64,000 nt of DNA from an uncultured Anaerolineales bacterium (GCA_964393895.1 CAYMWP010000007.1:81-64080); one strand, 5' to 3'; shown: positions 1-8,644, counted from the first letter of the stretch. Numbers and translations: made by a program. The notes: generated from the sequence alone by a model not told the origin.

Positions 1-16
1 AGTTTAAAAAATCGAT

Positions 17-1024
17 ATGCCAAGATTTGCCACTTACCTTCATCCCCATGTGTTTTCCACCTCTAAACCAGTTGACCAAATCGAGTTTGTTGGTCAGTCT
101 CTCCCACACTTTGATGCAGTTCGTAAGGGGTTAGTCGAGGCTTTGGCTGATTATCCTTCAATTCCGCCAACCCAAGCGGATTTCAACGAATTCTATCGGG
201 TTCACGATCAACTGTACCTCAATAAACTGCAAAAAATGGCCCGTGATGAAGAAGTGGCAGAGTTGCCCAAACTGAGTATTGAATGTACCGGCTTAGAATA
301 TGGCATTCCTGGCTATCAATACGCTTTAGGCGGAATGTTTGAAGCTGTTAAGCAAATGAAAGCCGGCACTTTGGAACGAGCCTATTGTTTCAGTATCGGC
401 GGACATCACGCTCACCCTGATTGGGGGCACGGATATTGTATGCTCAATCCTTTGGCGGTGACAGCCCGGTATGCACAAGAACAGGGATTTGAAAACGTAC
501 TTGTTATTGACTGGGACCACCATCACGGAGATGGAACTCAAGCGATTTTTGCCAATGATAAAACGGTCTATTGCATAAGCATTCATAGCGTGCTTGATTT
601 GTATATGTCCTTCCAAAAAGTTTTACGACAAGGAACCACCACTGCGGCAGAGGAAGTAGGGCAGTGTAATATTCCGATACTCAACAAGACCTTTGATGAT
701 GACTTTTGGAAACAGATGGGACTGGAAGGGAAATACTACCGAGCCGAGCAAAGTCTAACAGAATTTCAAGCAAAGCTAGAGGAATTACCTTGGGTGCCGG
801 ACATCGTGATGATATTTTCGGGTTACGATGCTCATCGGGAAGATTGTGGTCGAGATATTCAAGAGTGGGTGAATGAAGATTTTGAGAAACTGACCATTTA
901 TGTTTTAGAAATGGCCAGGAAAGCAGCATGTCCTATTCTATCGGTTCACGGAGGTGGTTACAATGTTCCTGTTACAGTTTCGGCAGCATTGGCCCACGTC
1001 CACACTTTGGCTACACAGTTGTAA
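17..1024 (+). CDS. Histone deacetylase / acetylpolyamine amidohydrolase family protein (cassette 1)
   Basis: 335-aa ORF with deacetylase-fold motifs GGHHAHPDWGHGYCMLNP and DWDHHHGDGTQ. It is followed directly by an attC. Confidence 0.85.
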   Translation: MPRFATYLHPHVFSTSKPVDQIEFVGQSLPHFDAVRKGLVEALADYPSIPPTQADFNEFYRVHDQLYLNKLQKMARDEEVAELPKLSIECTGLEYGIPGYQYALGGMFEAVKQMKAGTLERAYCFSIGGHHAHPDWGHGYCMLNPLAVTARYAQEQGFENVLVIDWDHHHGDGTQAIFANDKTVYCISIHSVLDLYMSFQKVLRQGTTTAAEEVGQCNIPILNKTFDDDFWKQMGLEGKYYRAEQSLTEFQAKLEELPWVPDIVMIFSGYDAHREDCGRDIQEWVNEDFEKLTIYVLEMARKAACPILSVHGGGYNVPVTVSAALAHVHTLATQL

Positions 1025-1035
1025 AGACCAAGTGC

Positions 1036-1160
1036 AAGCTAACAAATCAATGCACGCGAATTGCTAACGCCCGTTTTTTCAAGGGTTATTTGCCAGCAAA
1101 GAAATGGGGAATTGTGGCGACTATTGCCCACCCGCAATCGCGTGATTTCAAGCGTTGGGC
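1036..1160 (+). repeat. attC site 1
   Basis: R'' AAGCTAAC at 1036-1043 and R' GTTGGGC at 1154-1160. L-box pairing is cacgcgaattgc (1052-1063) against gcaatcgcgtg (1134-1144) with one bulged T. The R' extension gttgggccgcc is the exact reverse complement of 2601-2611. Confidence 0.8.
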
Positions 1161-1266
1161 CGCCCTTCCCCATATAAAGCATAGAGAGGAGGCTTACCAA
1201 TACTCCATTTCATCGTCCCCCGAACTCTTCGGATCAACCAAACTATCACAAAAGGAGGCAACCAAG

Positions 1267-1518
1267 ATGGGATTACTAACGTGGATTGTTGTCGGTGCAA
1301 TTGCCGGTTGGTTGGCAGGCCAGGTCATGAAAGGTTCGGGCTTTGGCCTGATTGGCGATATCGTGATCGGCGTTATTGGCGCACTGGTGGGTGGCTGGCT
1401 TGCTAGCGCGCTCTTCAATGTGCCGGATGCTATCAACGGATTTAACCTCACCACGATCGTTGTTGCGTTCCTTGGCGCAGTTGTCGTGTTATTTATCGTT
1501 CGCTTGCTTAAGCACTAG
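1267..1518 (+). CDS. GlsB/YeaQ/YmgE family (transglycosylase-associated) small membrane protein (cassette 2)
   Basis: 83 aa. ATG at 1267 is preceded by AAGGAGG (1252-1258). The Gly-rich TM sequence MGLLTWIVVGAIAGWLAG...IGDIVIGVIGALVGGWL fits the family. The ORF-track start at 928 runs through attC 1 and is rejected. Confidence 0.85.
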   Translation: MGLLTWIVVGAIAGWLAGQVMKGSGFGLIGDIVIGVIGALVGGWLASALFNVPDAINGFNLTTIVVAFLGAVVVLFIVRLLKH

Positions 1519-1560
1519 CCTGGGTAATGTAGACGAGTGAAGAAAGGAGGGGAAGAAGCG

Positions 1561-2586
1561 ATGTCCATTATAACAGCTCCACAAAGCCAGTGGCAGGAAA
1601 CTGTACGCGAGAACATCCGCGAGGACGCCTCGTTCAGCAAGGAGTACCTGTTGATGAACGCCCTGGCTGGCACGATTGCCAGTTATGGATTGTTTGCCAA
1701 TAGTCCGGCCGTCGTCATTGGTGCCATGATCGTGGCTATGTTGTTGGGGCCTATAGTAGGCGTCTCATTGGCGTTGGTGGACAGCGATGCAAAGATTCTG
1801 CTGAAGAGCCTGTTATCGCTGCTTTCGGGAGCAGTCACGGTCCTTGCGACCGCGTTTATCATTGGTGCCGTCCATAATGATATTCCCATTACCAGCGAGA
1901 TCATGGCACGGACCGCCCCCAATTTCCTGGATCTAATGATTGCATTGGCAGGCGGTGCGGCAGGCGCCTATGCAACTGTTTCTTTCCGCCAGAGCTTGGC
2001 CCTGGTGGGCGTTGCCATCGCGACTGCATTGGTGCCGCCGTTGGCGTCAGCGAGTATTCTGCTCGCGCACGGCGAAATCAACCTGGCGATGGGAGCCCTT
2101 GAGCTGGCCGTTGTCAACCTGGTCGCGATCCAGTTTTCCGCCTCTGTCGTTCTGTGGTTAACAGGGTTTCGTCGCGTTACCCGCACCTCCGGGCAGCCCA
2201 TTGCAAAGTTCCTAAAACAAAATATACTGAGCATTGTCATTCTGGTGGTGCTTGGCGTCTCGCTGTCAGTTAATTCCCGGGATGCCATTGCCGAGCAACT
2301 CTTCGAGACGAAAACCCGATTCATCCTGCAACAGGAAATCAATCCTTCTTTGGGGAGCCACGTGACGGGAGTGCGCTTTGAGAGAGTATCGGGGAAAATC
2401 ATTGTGAGAGCGGTGGTGCGCGGCCCGAATTCGCCTTCCGCCAAACAGGTCGCGGCCCTGGAAGATCAATTGCCATCCTCACCCGATGGTACGCCTGTGA
2501 TACTGCGAATACGCTTCGTTCAGGTGATGATCATTGATCGAGACGGCCTGCTGGATTCGGATATACCGTTTTGGAGCGATGACTAG
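1561..2586 (+). CDS. DUF389 (TIGR00341-like) multi-pass membrane protein (cassette 2)
   Basis: ATG at 1561 follows GAAAGGAGGGG. The hydrophobic N-terminal half (NALAGTIASYGLFANSPAVVIGAMIVAMLLGPI) is typical of DUF389. Confidence 0.7.
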   Translation: MSIITAPQSQWQETVRENIREDASFSKEYLLMNALAGTIASYGLFANSPAVVIGAMIVAMLLGPIVGVSLALVDSDAKILLKSLLSLLSGAVTVLATAFIIGAVHNDIPITSEIMARTAPNFLDLMIALAGGAAGAYATVSFRQSLALVGVAIATALVPPLASASILLAHGEINLAMGALELAVVNLVAIQFSASVVLWLTGFRRVTRTSGQPIAKFLKQNILSIVILVVLGVSLSVNSRDAIAEQLFETKTRFILQQEINPSLGSHVTGVRFERVSGKIIVRAVVRGPNSPSAKQVAALEDQLPSSPDGTPVILRIRFVQVMIIDRDGLLDSDIPFWSDD

Positions 2587-2604
2587 CAAGGAATCAAGGT
2601 GGCG

Positions 2605-2763
2605 GCCCAACAAGGGCGTCAACCTGACCGCGCTGGCGCGCGTGTAAGCGGTGGTAGACCGCGCTTTGGAGCTGGATTTCTAACGAGGTTAGTTGCCGCG
2701 CAGCCGCGCGGCGGCTGACGCGAGCCGTTAGCGCGGAACGCTTCGCGTCCCGCGCCGTTGGGC
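2605..2763 (+). repeat. attC site 2 (contains the conserved hairpin and a second inner GTT core at 2727)
   Basis: R'' GCCCAAC at 2605-2611, inner core GTTAGCG at 2727-2733 and terminal R' GTTGGGC at 2757-2763. The conserved segment gttagcgcggaacgcttcgcgtcccgcgcc is shared with four other attCs. Confidence 0.75.
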
Positions 2764-2872
2764 CGCGCTTGCTCGGATTTCACCGTCACGCTAGGTCAAC
2801 GGAGCAAAGGTAATCGGATGTCGCGATGATATGTTTCGGCCATTCCTATCTAATCTAAAAGGAGGCAAAACG

Positions 2873-3865
2873 ATGGATTGGACCAGATTCCCCAAAGTTG
2901 AATTGCACCTTCATCTAGATTGCTCGCTCAGTTATGAGGTTATCTCACAGATCGACCCATCGATCACACTTGAGCAGTACCGTATGGACTTTATTGCCCC
3001 AGCCAAGTCGGATCTAACAGAGTATCTCAAGCGTGCTCCCAGTAGCTATCCCCTTATGCAGACACAAGAACAGCTTCGCCTGGTGACGTTAGACCTGTTT
3101 GAACAACTGCGGAAGGACAACATCCTATACGCCGAGATTCGGTTTGCTCCCCTGCTGCACACCGAAAGAGGGCTTTCACCTCGTCAGGTCGTCGCCAGTG
3201 TAGAGACGACAACGGCTCAGGCTGTGCGCGACACCGGCGTTGAGGCGCGCATCATTCTCTGTACGTTGCGCTACTATTCAAGAGCGCAAAGCCTCGAAAC
3301 CGTGCGTCTGGTTGAAGATTTCCGTGGCACATATGTAGCCGGGTTCGACGTTGCGGCCGACAAACCGGGGAATGTCTTTGATGAGCACCTGGCTGCATTT
3401 CAATACGCGCGCGACAAGGATATTCCCTATACGGCACACGCCGGAGAGACACGCGGCCCAGACAATGTCTGGGACACAGTACGGCACTTTGCTCCGTCAC
3501 GCCTCGGCCACGGTGTACCGTGTCTCGAACGTCCTGAACTGGTTGAACACATTCGGAAACACCGGATCCATCTCGAGGTGTGCCCGACCTCCAACATACA
3601 AACGAATACCTTTGAGACTTACGCCAATCATCCCATCGACGAACTCTATCGGGCGGGTATATCGGTGGGCGTGAACACCGATACACGTACCATCTCGAAT
3701 ATCACGTTGAGTGAGGAGTACGAAAAGTTACACGAGACGTTTGGATGGGGTGTTGAGGACTTTTTCAACTGCAATAGGAATGCTCTGGAAGCGGCGTTTA
3801 TCTCGGACGATGTGCGAGACAGGCTGATGGCGCAATTGGTTGAAGGCTATCAGGTGACTCTATGA
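2873..3865 (+). CDS. add: Adenosine deaminase (cassette 3)
   Basis: 330 aa. ATG at 2873 follows AAAAGGAGG (2857-2865). Motifs VELHLHLDCS (HxH metal site), TAHAGE and GVNTDT match the adenosine/AMP deaminase family. Confidence 0.85.
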   Translation: MDWTRFPKVELHLHLDCSLSYEVISQIDPSITLEQYRMDFIAPAKSDLTEYLKRAPSSYPLMQTQEQLRLVTLDLFEQLRKDNILYAEIRFAPLLHTERGLSPRQVVASVETTTAQAVRDTGVEARIILCTLRYYSRAQSLETVRLVEDFRGTYVAGFDVAADKPGNVFDEHLAAFQYARDKDIPYTAHAGETRGPDNVWDTVRHFAPSRLGHGVPCLERPELVEHIRKHRIHLEVCPTSNIQTNTFETYANHPIDELYRAGISVGVNTDTRTISNITLSEEYEKLHETFGWGVEDFFNCNRNALEAAFISDDVRDRLMAQLVEGYQVTL

Positions 3866-3894
3866 CCATAACTCTATCGCGTGGAAACCGCACG

Positions 3895-4025
3895 GCCTAA
3901 CCAATCGCTGAACCTGACCTGCTAATCGAGGCTCCAATTGTTGCCCGCCTTAGTTTTGCAGCGTTTCGGTTCGCAGGTGATGTCACTGTGAAACCCGCAG
4001 GCGGGTTAGCTCGCAGCCGTTAGCG
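3895..4025 (+). repeat. attC site 3
   Basis: R'' GCCTAAC at 3895-3901 and R' GTTAGCG at 4019-4025. The left arm ...cctgacctgctaatcg is shared with attC 5 and attC 6. Confidence 0.7.
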
Positions 4026-4044
4026 CGGAACGCTTCGCGTCCCG

Positions 4045-4203
4045 CGCTAACGGCGCGGCGGATGCAGCATCCGCTGGCTAGCCTATGGCTCGCTGACGCT
4101 CGCCTCCGGCTAACCAGCGGATTGAGCCGTCCAGCCCGCCTGTCTGGCTCCGCTGTGCTCCGCCAGCCGTCGGCCTGGCGGCTCATCCGCCGCGCCGTTG
4201 GGC
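4045..4203 (+). repeat. attC site 3b (the sole content of a 178-bp ORF-less cassette, 4020-4197)
   Basis: R'' CGCTAAC at 4045-4051 is the right arm of the 33-nt hairpin (4019-4051). ctaacggcgcggcggatg (4047-4064) pairs with catccgccgcgccgttg (4184-4200). R' is GTTGGGC at 4197-4203. Visually highly similar to 6723-6859. Confidence 0.7.
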
Positions 4204-4249
4204 GGCCAGTATCCACGTTCCGTCAGCGCCTATCTTTTGTGAAAACACG

Positions 4250-5374
4250 ATGAAACTCAAAAGTTCAGCTCAATACGTTTGTGCAATTCTTGCTCCGGCG
4301 ATGTTTGCCCTGGTCGCCTGTTGCCCCCCTATAACAACAATGCCGCAAGCTACTGCGACAATGCCCCAGGCCACCCAGGAGCTAGCTCCCCTTCCACTGT
4401 CAGAACTCGGCCCGTACCACGTAGGCACGCACACGTTTACGCGCGGGGATGCCAGCCGCGATAATCGCCAAGTCGGCATTACGGTGTGGTATCCAGCCCT
4501 ACGGCCCCAAGAATCAACCTACAGCGGCCCCATCGAAGATGCGGCTCCGGACCTCAGCGGTGCACCCTATCCTTTGATCCTATCATCGACCAAAGTGGCC
4601 AGGATACTCGCCCCCTATCTGATCAGTCACGGTTTCGCCTGGGCGAGCGTCGATAGAATCGATACGTACCGTCAGATGAATGACCAGATGTTTGAACAAC
4701 CACTCGACATCCTGTTTGCGTTGGGCCAGGTTGCCTCCAGTCCGCCAGAGGGTCTGAAGGGCATGATCGACGCCGAACATGCCGGAGCCATCGGCTATTC
4801 CTTTGACGGCTACAATGCGCTGGCCTTGAGCGGAGCACGCATCAACCCCGAACACTACCTGGCTCAATGTCCGAACCCTGACGCCACGACCGAAGCGATT
4901 CTGTCGCGTCTTTCCGCCTTTGACTGCGCTCCATCTCGCGCATGGGATGAATTCGCCGTCCATGCGGGCGAGGCCATCACCACCAGTGAAGATGGAATGT
5001 GGCAACCGATGACGGATGAGCGGATTCGCGCTGTAATGCCGCTGGCCGGGGAAGGGTGGTGGTTGTTCGGTGAAAGGGGATTGGCGGCAGTCGACCGGCC
5101 TACCTTAATCATCGTTGGCACCGAGGATGAACTCTACCCGGAAAACACACTGATCTTCGAGCACCTGGGGACACCCGACAAGGCGCTGATCTCGTTCGTC
5201 GGTCGAGGCCACATGATGGTGTACGAGTCAAAGATGATCGCCCGCATGGCGCATTTCGCGGCGGCCTTTTTCGGCTACCACTTGCAGGGGCGTGAAGACC
5301 TGGCTTGGTACTTCTCGAAGGATTTCGTCGCGCAGCACGATGACCTAGCCTGGGGTGTGCATACGGACAGGTAA
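4250..5374 (+). CDS. Alpha/beta hydrolase lipoprotein (PAF-acetylhydrolase/dienelactone-hydrolase-like) (cassette 4)
   Basis: 374 aa. A lipoprotein signal with lipobox ends in ...FALVAC|C. There is a nucleophile-elbow-like IGYSFDGYNAL and a C-terminal ...IIVGTEDELYP...GRGHMM typical of alpha/beta hydrolases. Confidence 0.7.
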   Translation: MKLKSSAQYVCAILAPAMFALVACCPPITTMPQATATMPQATQELAPLPLSELGPYHVGTHTFTRGDASRDNRQVGITVWYPALRPQESTYSGPIEDAAPDLSGAPYPLILSSTKVARILAPYLISHGFAWASVDRIDTYRQMNDQMFEQPLDILFALGQVASSPPEGLKGMIDAEHAGAIGYSFDGYNALALSGARINPEHYLAQCPNPDATTEAILSRLSAFDCAPSRAWDEFAVHAGEAITTSEDGMWQPMTDERIRAVMPLAGEGWWLFGERGLAAVDRPTLIIVGTEDELYPENTLIFEHLGTPDKALISFVGRGHMMVYESKMIARMAHFAAAFFGYHLQGREDLAWYFSKDFVAQHDDLAWGVHTDR

Positions 5375-5406
5375 TGCTCGCGAAGCAAGATGGTGTGTTG
5401 CTGGCC

Positions 5407-5537
5407 GCCCAACCCACGCTGGAGGCGACAGCGCCTATCGGCGCTTTTTGAATCGCGGCTTTTTCGCTTTGCTGGTAAACTTGTTCAGCAAGTTGGTTCT
5501 GCAAATCCGGCGCTGCGCCTCAGCTTTTCCGTTGGGC
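5407..5537 (+). repeat. attC site 4
   Basis: R'' GCCCAAC at 5407-5413 and R' GTTGGGC at 5531-5537. cccaacccacgctggaggcgacagcgcc pairs with ggcgctgcgcctcagcttttccgttggg with bulges. Both flanking extensions show 13/13 complementarity with the neighbouring attCs. Confidence 0.8.
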
Positions 5538-5587
5538 GGCAACTTTCGCTCGCTCATATGAACTCGTTTCACTCAAGGATCCAGACT

Positions 5588-6559
5588 ATGGGAAAGTTCG
5601 AACTGGGCGCAATCAAAGTCAGCACTGCTGCAGCGAATGCTCTGACAGAAACCTGTCTTGAGCTAGAAACCCTACTTACCAGGCACCAGGATGGGGATTG
5701 GGGCAATGTGGATAATGCCCAGCGCCTGCGAAACGAGTGGGCCGTGGAACACAATGGACTCATCCGCTCAATGTATGAGTTACCAAACGGTGCCTTGCTC
5801 CTGGTAAGCACTGCCACTACCCGATCCTGTACTTGGGCTATGCTTGAGACGGAGTATCAAGGTAAGGAGGTCAGCATTCAGGAAGGTTATGCGCTCTGGG
5901 CTACATCTTATGACCAAGAGCGGAATCCCTTGATAGCCTTGGAGGAGCCACATGTTGACTTGATGCTGGACCAATTGGCTGCCACGGTGGCCTTGGATGT
6001 TGGCACCGGCACCGGTCGATACGCACGTAAACTTGCACAGCGTGGGATCAAGGTTTTTGCCGTTGATCGATGCTCTGAGATGCTAAACGTGGCGCAGCGC
6101 CGTGCTCAAGAGAACATGCTGAGGATAGACTTCCTGCGCGGGTCATTGAGCGCCCTCCCCTTCAGGTCAAACTACTTCGAATTGCTGGTTTGCGGACTGG
6201 TGCTGTGTCATATCCCCAATCTGATGCAGACGATAGGCGAGTTCTCGCGAGTCACGAGAGCAGGAGGACATCTCTTGATTACCGATCTTCATCCTAATGC
6301 TGTGGCAGCAGACTGGCGGACTGTGTTCGCTCAGGCAGAAGCGTGGTACCTGCTGCCCAACATCAGACACACACGGGATGATTATCTTGAGGCTGTGGAA
6401 GCGGCTGGCTTCACGCTGCTTGATGTGATCGATTTGTACCTTCGTGATATACCTGATGAAACGATGCCTTACTACGAATCGTGGGTTCGCGAAGAAGGCC
6501 ACAGGCTATTCGGCTTGATAGTCTTTGCCCAGAGGGTTGCAACAGCAGGTAGGGGGTAA
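5588..6559 (+). CDS. Fusion of an N-terminal GDWG-motif module with a class I SAM-dependent methyltransferase (cassette 5)
   Basis: ATG at 5588 follows AAGGA. The N-terminus is MGKFELG...HQDGDWGNVD...LETEY. The C-terminal domain has SAM motif I LDVGTGTGRYARKLAQRG and a Methyltransf_11-like post-I/II region. The ORF-track start at 5390 runs through attC 4 and is rejected. Confidence 0.7.
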   Translation: MGKFELGAIKVSTAAANALTETCLELETLLTRHQDGDWGNVDNAQRLRNEWAVEHNGLIRSMYELPNGALLLVSTATTRSCTWAMLETEYQGKEVSIQEGYALWATSYDQERNPLIALEEPHVDLMLDQLAATVALDVGTGTGRYARKLAQRGIKVFAVDRCSEMLNVAQRRAQENMLRIDFLRGSLSALPFRSNYFELLVCGLVLCHIPNLMQTIGEFSRVTRAGGHLLITDLHPNAVAADWRTVFAQAEAWYLLPNIRHTRDDYLEAVEAAGFTLLDVIDLYLRDIPDETMPYYESWVREEGHRLFGLIVFAQRVATAGRG

Positions 6560-6576
6560 ATCTATCAAACGTTGCC

Positions 6577-6703
6577 GCCCAACACCACATGCACCCGACC
6601 TGCTAATCGCGCGACCAAATCGACGTCGGTTTCGTTGTAGAGGGTTGTTTTGAACAGGGGGACAAACTGCAAACCCGCAGGCGGGTGATGTAAACCGTTA
6701 GCG
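6577..6703 (+). repeat. attC site 5
   Basis: R'' GCCCAAC at 6577-6583 and R' GTTAGCG at 6697-6703. The left arm cacccgacctgctaatcg is shared with attC 3 and attC 6. Confidence 0.75.
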
Positions 6704-6722
6704 CGGAACGCTTCGCGTCCCG

Positions 6723-6859
6723 CGCTAACGGCGCGGCGGACTGGCGTCCGCTGGCTAGCCTCCGGCTAACCAGCGGATCGAGCCGTCCAGCCCGCCTGTC
6801 TGGCTCCGCTGCGCTCCGCCAGCCGTCGGCCTGGTGGCTCATCCGCCGCACCGTTAGCT
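6723..6859 (+). repeat. attC site 5b (the sole content of a 156-bp ORF-less cassette, 6698-6853)
   Basis: R'' CGCTAAC at 6723-6729 is the right arm of the hairpin (6697-6729). R' is GTTAGCT at 6853-6859. It is a paralogue of 4045-4203. Confidence 0.7.
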
Positions 6860-6891
6860 GGTCGTTCGCGTTTCCTCATCCGAAAATTTCC

Positions 6892-6920
6892 TTGAGTTCA
6901 GTCACTGTTTGTAGTATAAT
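6892..6920 (+). promoter_or_regulatory. Cassette-internal sigma70-type promoter for R-M system 1
   Basis: -35 TTGAGT (6892-6897), 17-nt spacer and a perfect -10 TATAAT (6915-6920), lying 30 nt upstream of the methyltransferase ATG. Confidence 0.6.
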
Positions 6921-6950
6921 AGAATAAACGTTCTGACAAGAGGAAAATTG

Positions 6951-7847
6951 ATGAATTTCTTGAACCAGATTATTCATGGTGACTGTGAACAAGTGTTAAA
7001 AGAGTTTCCGGATAACTCGATTGGCTTGATTTTTACTTCGCCACCCTACGCAGACCAGAGAAAGAACACATATGGTGGTATAAAACCAAGTGAATATGTA
7101 GGTTGGTTTTTACCAAAGGCGAAACAATTCTTGCGTGTGCTCAAGCCCACGGGAACGTTCATCCTAAACATCAAAGAAAGAGTTGTAAACGGAGAGCGGC
7201 ATACTTACGTTATTCAGCTAATACTCCGGCTAAGAGAGCAAGGGTGGTTGTGGACGGAAGAGTTTGTCTGGCATAAGAAAAACTCTTATCCTGGCAAGTG
7301 GCCCAATAGATTTAGAGATGGATGGGAAAGATTGATACAATTCAATAAACATCGCAAGTTCAATATGTATCAGGAATCCGTTATGGTTCCCGTTGGAGAT
7401 TGGGCTCAAGATCGTTTGGCTAACCTTAGTGAAACAGACAAAATCAGAGATGAATCCAAAGTGGAAAGCGGCTTTGGTAAAAACATATCAAACTGGGTTG
7501 GGCGTGACAAGGTTTATCCAGATAATGTTGTTCATATGGCTACAGAGTGTTCAAATCGTAATCATAGTGCGGCTTTTCCGATTGACTTGCCAATTTGGTT
7601 TATCAAACTGTTCACGGCTGAAGGCGATGTAGTGTTGGACCCGTTTATTGGTTCAGGAACAACGGCAGCAGCAGCTAAACAGCTTGGACGCAGTTATGTG
7701 GGGATTGACATTAACGAGGAGTATTGCCGCCTAGCGGAAAACAGGGTTCTGCAAGTGCAACCAAGCCTATTTGAAACAATCCAATACGACAACGCGAAAC
7801 AAGAAAGCACAATACAAGTACAATCTCGTTTGCTCGAAAGAACTTGA
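6951..7847 (+). CDS. Type II DNA methyltransferase, beta-class N4-cytosine/N6-adenine (cassette 6)
   Basis: 298 aa. Motif IV is IFTSPPYADQ near the N-terminus and motif I is DPFIGSGTTAAAAKQLGRSYVGIDINEEY near the C-terminus (beta-class order). The RBS is AGAGGAAAA. Confidence 0.85.
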   Translation: MNFLNQIIHGDCEQVLKEFPDNSIGLIFTSPPYADQRKNTYGGIKPSEYVGWFLPKAKQFLRVLKPTGTFILNIKERVVNGERHTYVIQLILRLREQGWLWTEEFVWHKKNSYPGKWPNRFRDGWERLIQFNKHRKFNMYQESVMVPVGDWAQDRLANLSETDKIRDESKVESGFGKNISNWVGRDKVYPDNVVHMATECSNRNHSAAFPIDLPIWFIKLFTAEGDVVLDPFIGSGTTAAAAKQLGRSYVGIDINEEYCRLAENRVLQVQPSLFETIQYDNAKQESTIQVQSRLLERT

Positions 7848-8644
7848 AACTATACGATGGGGAGCTTGGAATGAATCCACTGGATTTAGATGAGGTTCGT
7901 CAATTTGTTAACGTCAACATCGTGTCTTTTCATCAACACCGAATCACTTCACTGGAGCAACTCACACTCAACAAGCTACTCAAGAAGAAAAACCCCTACT
8001 TGTTCAAGGCCAAACACATCACAACTGCCGGAGAGTTAATGGAAAGCCTGTTAGAGGCTTTCCTGTCTTCATCTGAAGAAAAACACTTTGGGGATTTTCT
8101 GGAAGATTTGGCAATTTTCATCGCAGGAAAAACAAGTGGAGGGCACAAGTCAACAGCACAAGGTGTTGACTTGGAATTCATTAGCAGAAAAACGCACTTT
8201 ATAGTTTCGATCAAGTCGGGGCCGAACTGGGGAAATAGCTCTCAACACAAGAAACTCGCCCAAGACCTGAGAGATGCTGTTATTCGTGTCAAACAGTCGC
8301 GAACTGCGTTGAATGTACAACCTGTGTTGGGTATTTGCTATGGAAAAACTCGCACGAATTATATGAAAGCAGGGTATCTGAAAGTCGTAGGGCAAAACTT
8401 TTGGTATCTCATTAGCGAGAATCAGGACCTCTATACCGACATCATTGAGCCAATTGGCTATCGCGCCAAAGAACGCAATGATACGTTCTATACCGAGCGC
8501 GCTAAAGTTGTAAATCGGTTCACCAAGCAATTCATTGATGATTTTTGTGCTCCGAACGGAGCAATAGATTGGGTAAAGCTCGTAGAGTTTAATAGCGGCA
8601 ACTACGATTTAGACAAGTTCTTATCCCAATCCAGTACCAGCTAA
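7844..8644 (+). CDS. Putative type II restriction endonuclease, PD-(D/E)XK-like (cassette 6)
   Basis: It overlaps the methyltransferase stop (TTGA at 7844-7847); an alternative ATG at 7871 follows GGGGAG. A candidate catalytic segment is GVDLEF...FIVSIKSG (D...E/S-x-K). The stop codon TAA (8642-8644) lies inside the R'' of attC 6. Confidence 0.6.
   Translation: MKLYDGELGMNPLDLDEVRQFVNVNIVSFHQHRITSLEQLTLNKLLKKKNPYLFKAKHITTAGELMESLLEAFLSSSEEKHFGDFLEDLAIFIAGKTSGGHKSTAQGVDLEFISRKTHFIVSIKSGPNWGNSSQHKKLAQDLRDAVIRVKQSRTALNVQPVLGICYGKTRTNYMKAGYLKVVGQNFWYLISENQDLYTDIIEPIGYRAKERNDTFYTERAKVVNRFTKQFIDDFCAPNGAIDWVKLVEFNSGNYDLDKFLSQSSTS

Noticed and set aside
928-1266. N-terminal extensions proposed by the ORF track (928-1266, 5390-5587, 11523-11618, 13153-13236, 30404-30499, 50697-51359, 43515-46094 upstream part)
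   Set aside because: The extensions run through attC sites or upstream genes. Internal starts with good Shine-Dalgarno sequences and family-typical N-termini were chosen instead.
3983-4216. Minus-strand ORF (77 aa) that shares the peptide ADGWRS.AEPDRRAGRL.PLVSRR with minus-strand ORF 6603-6851
   Set aside because: Both lie entirely inside the paralogous ORF-less attC cassettes. The shared peptide reflects DNA repeat identity. There is no RBS, and the composition is Arg/Ala-rich as expected for GC-rich palindromic DNA.
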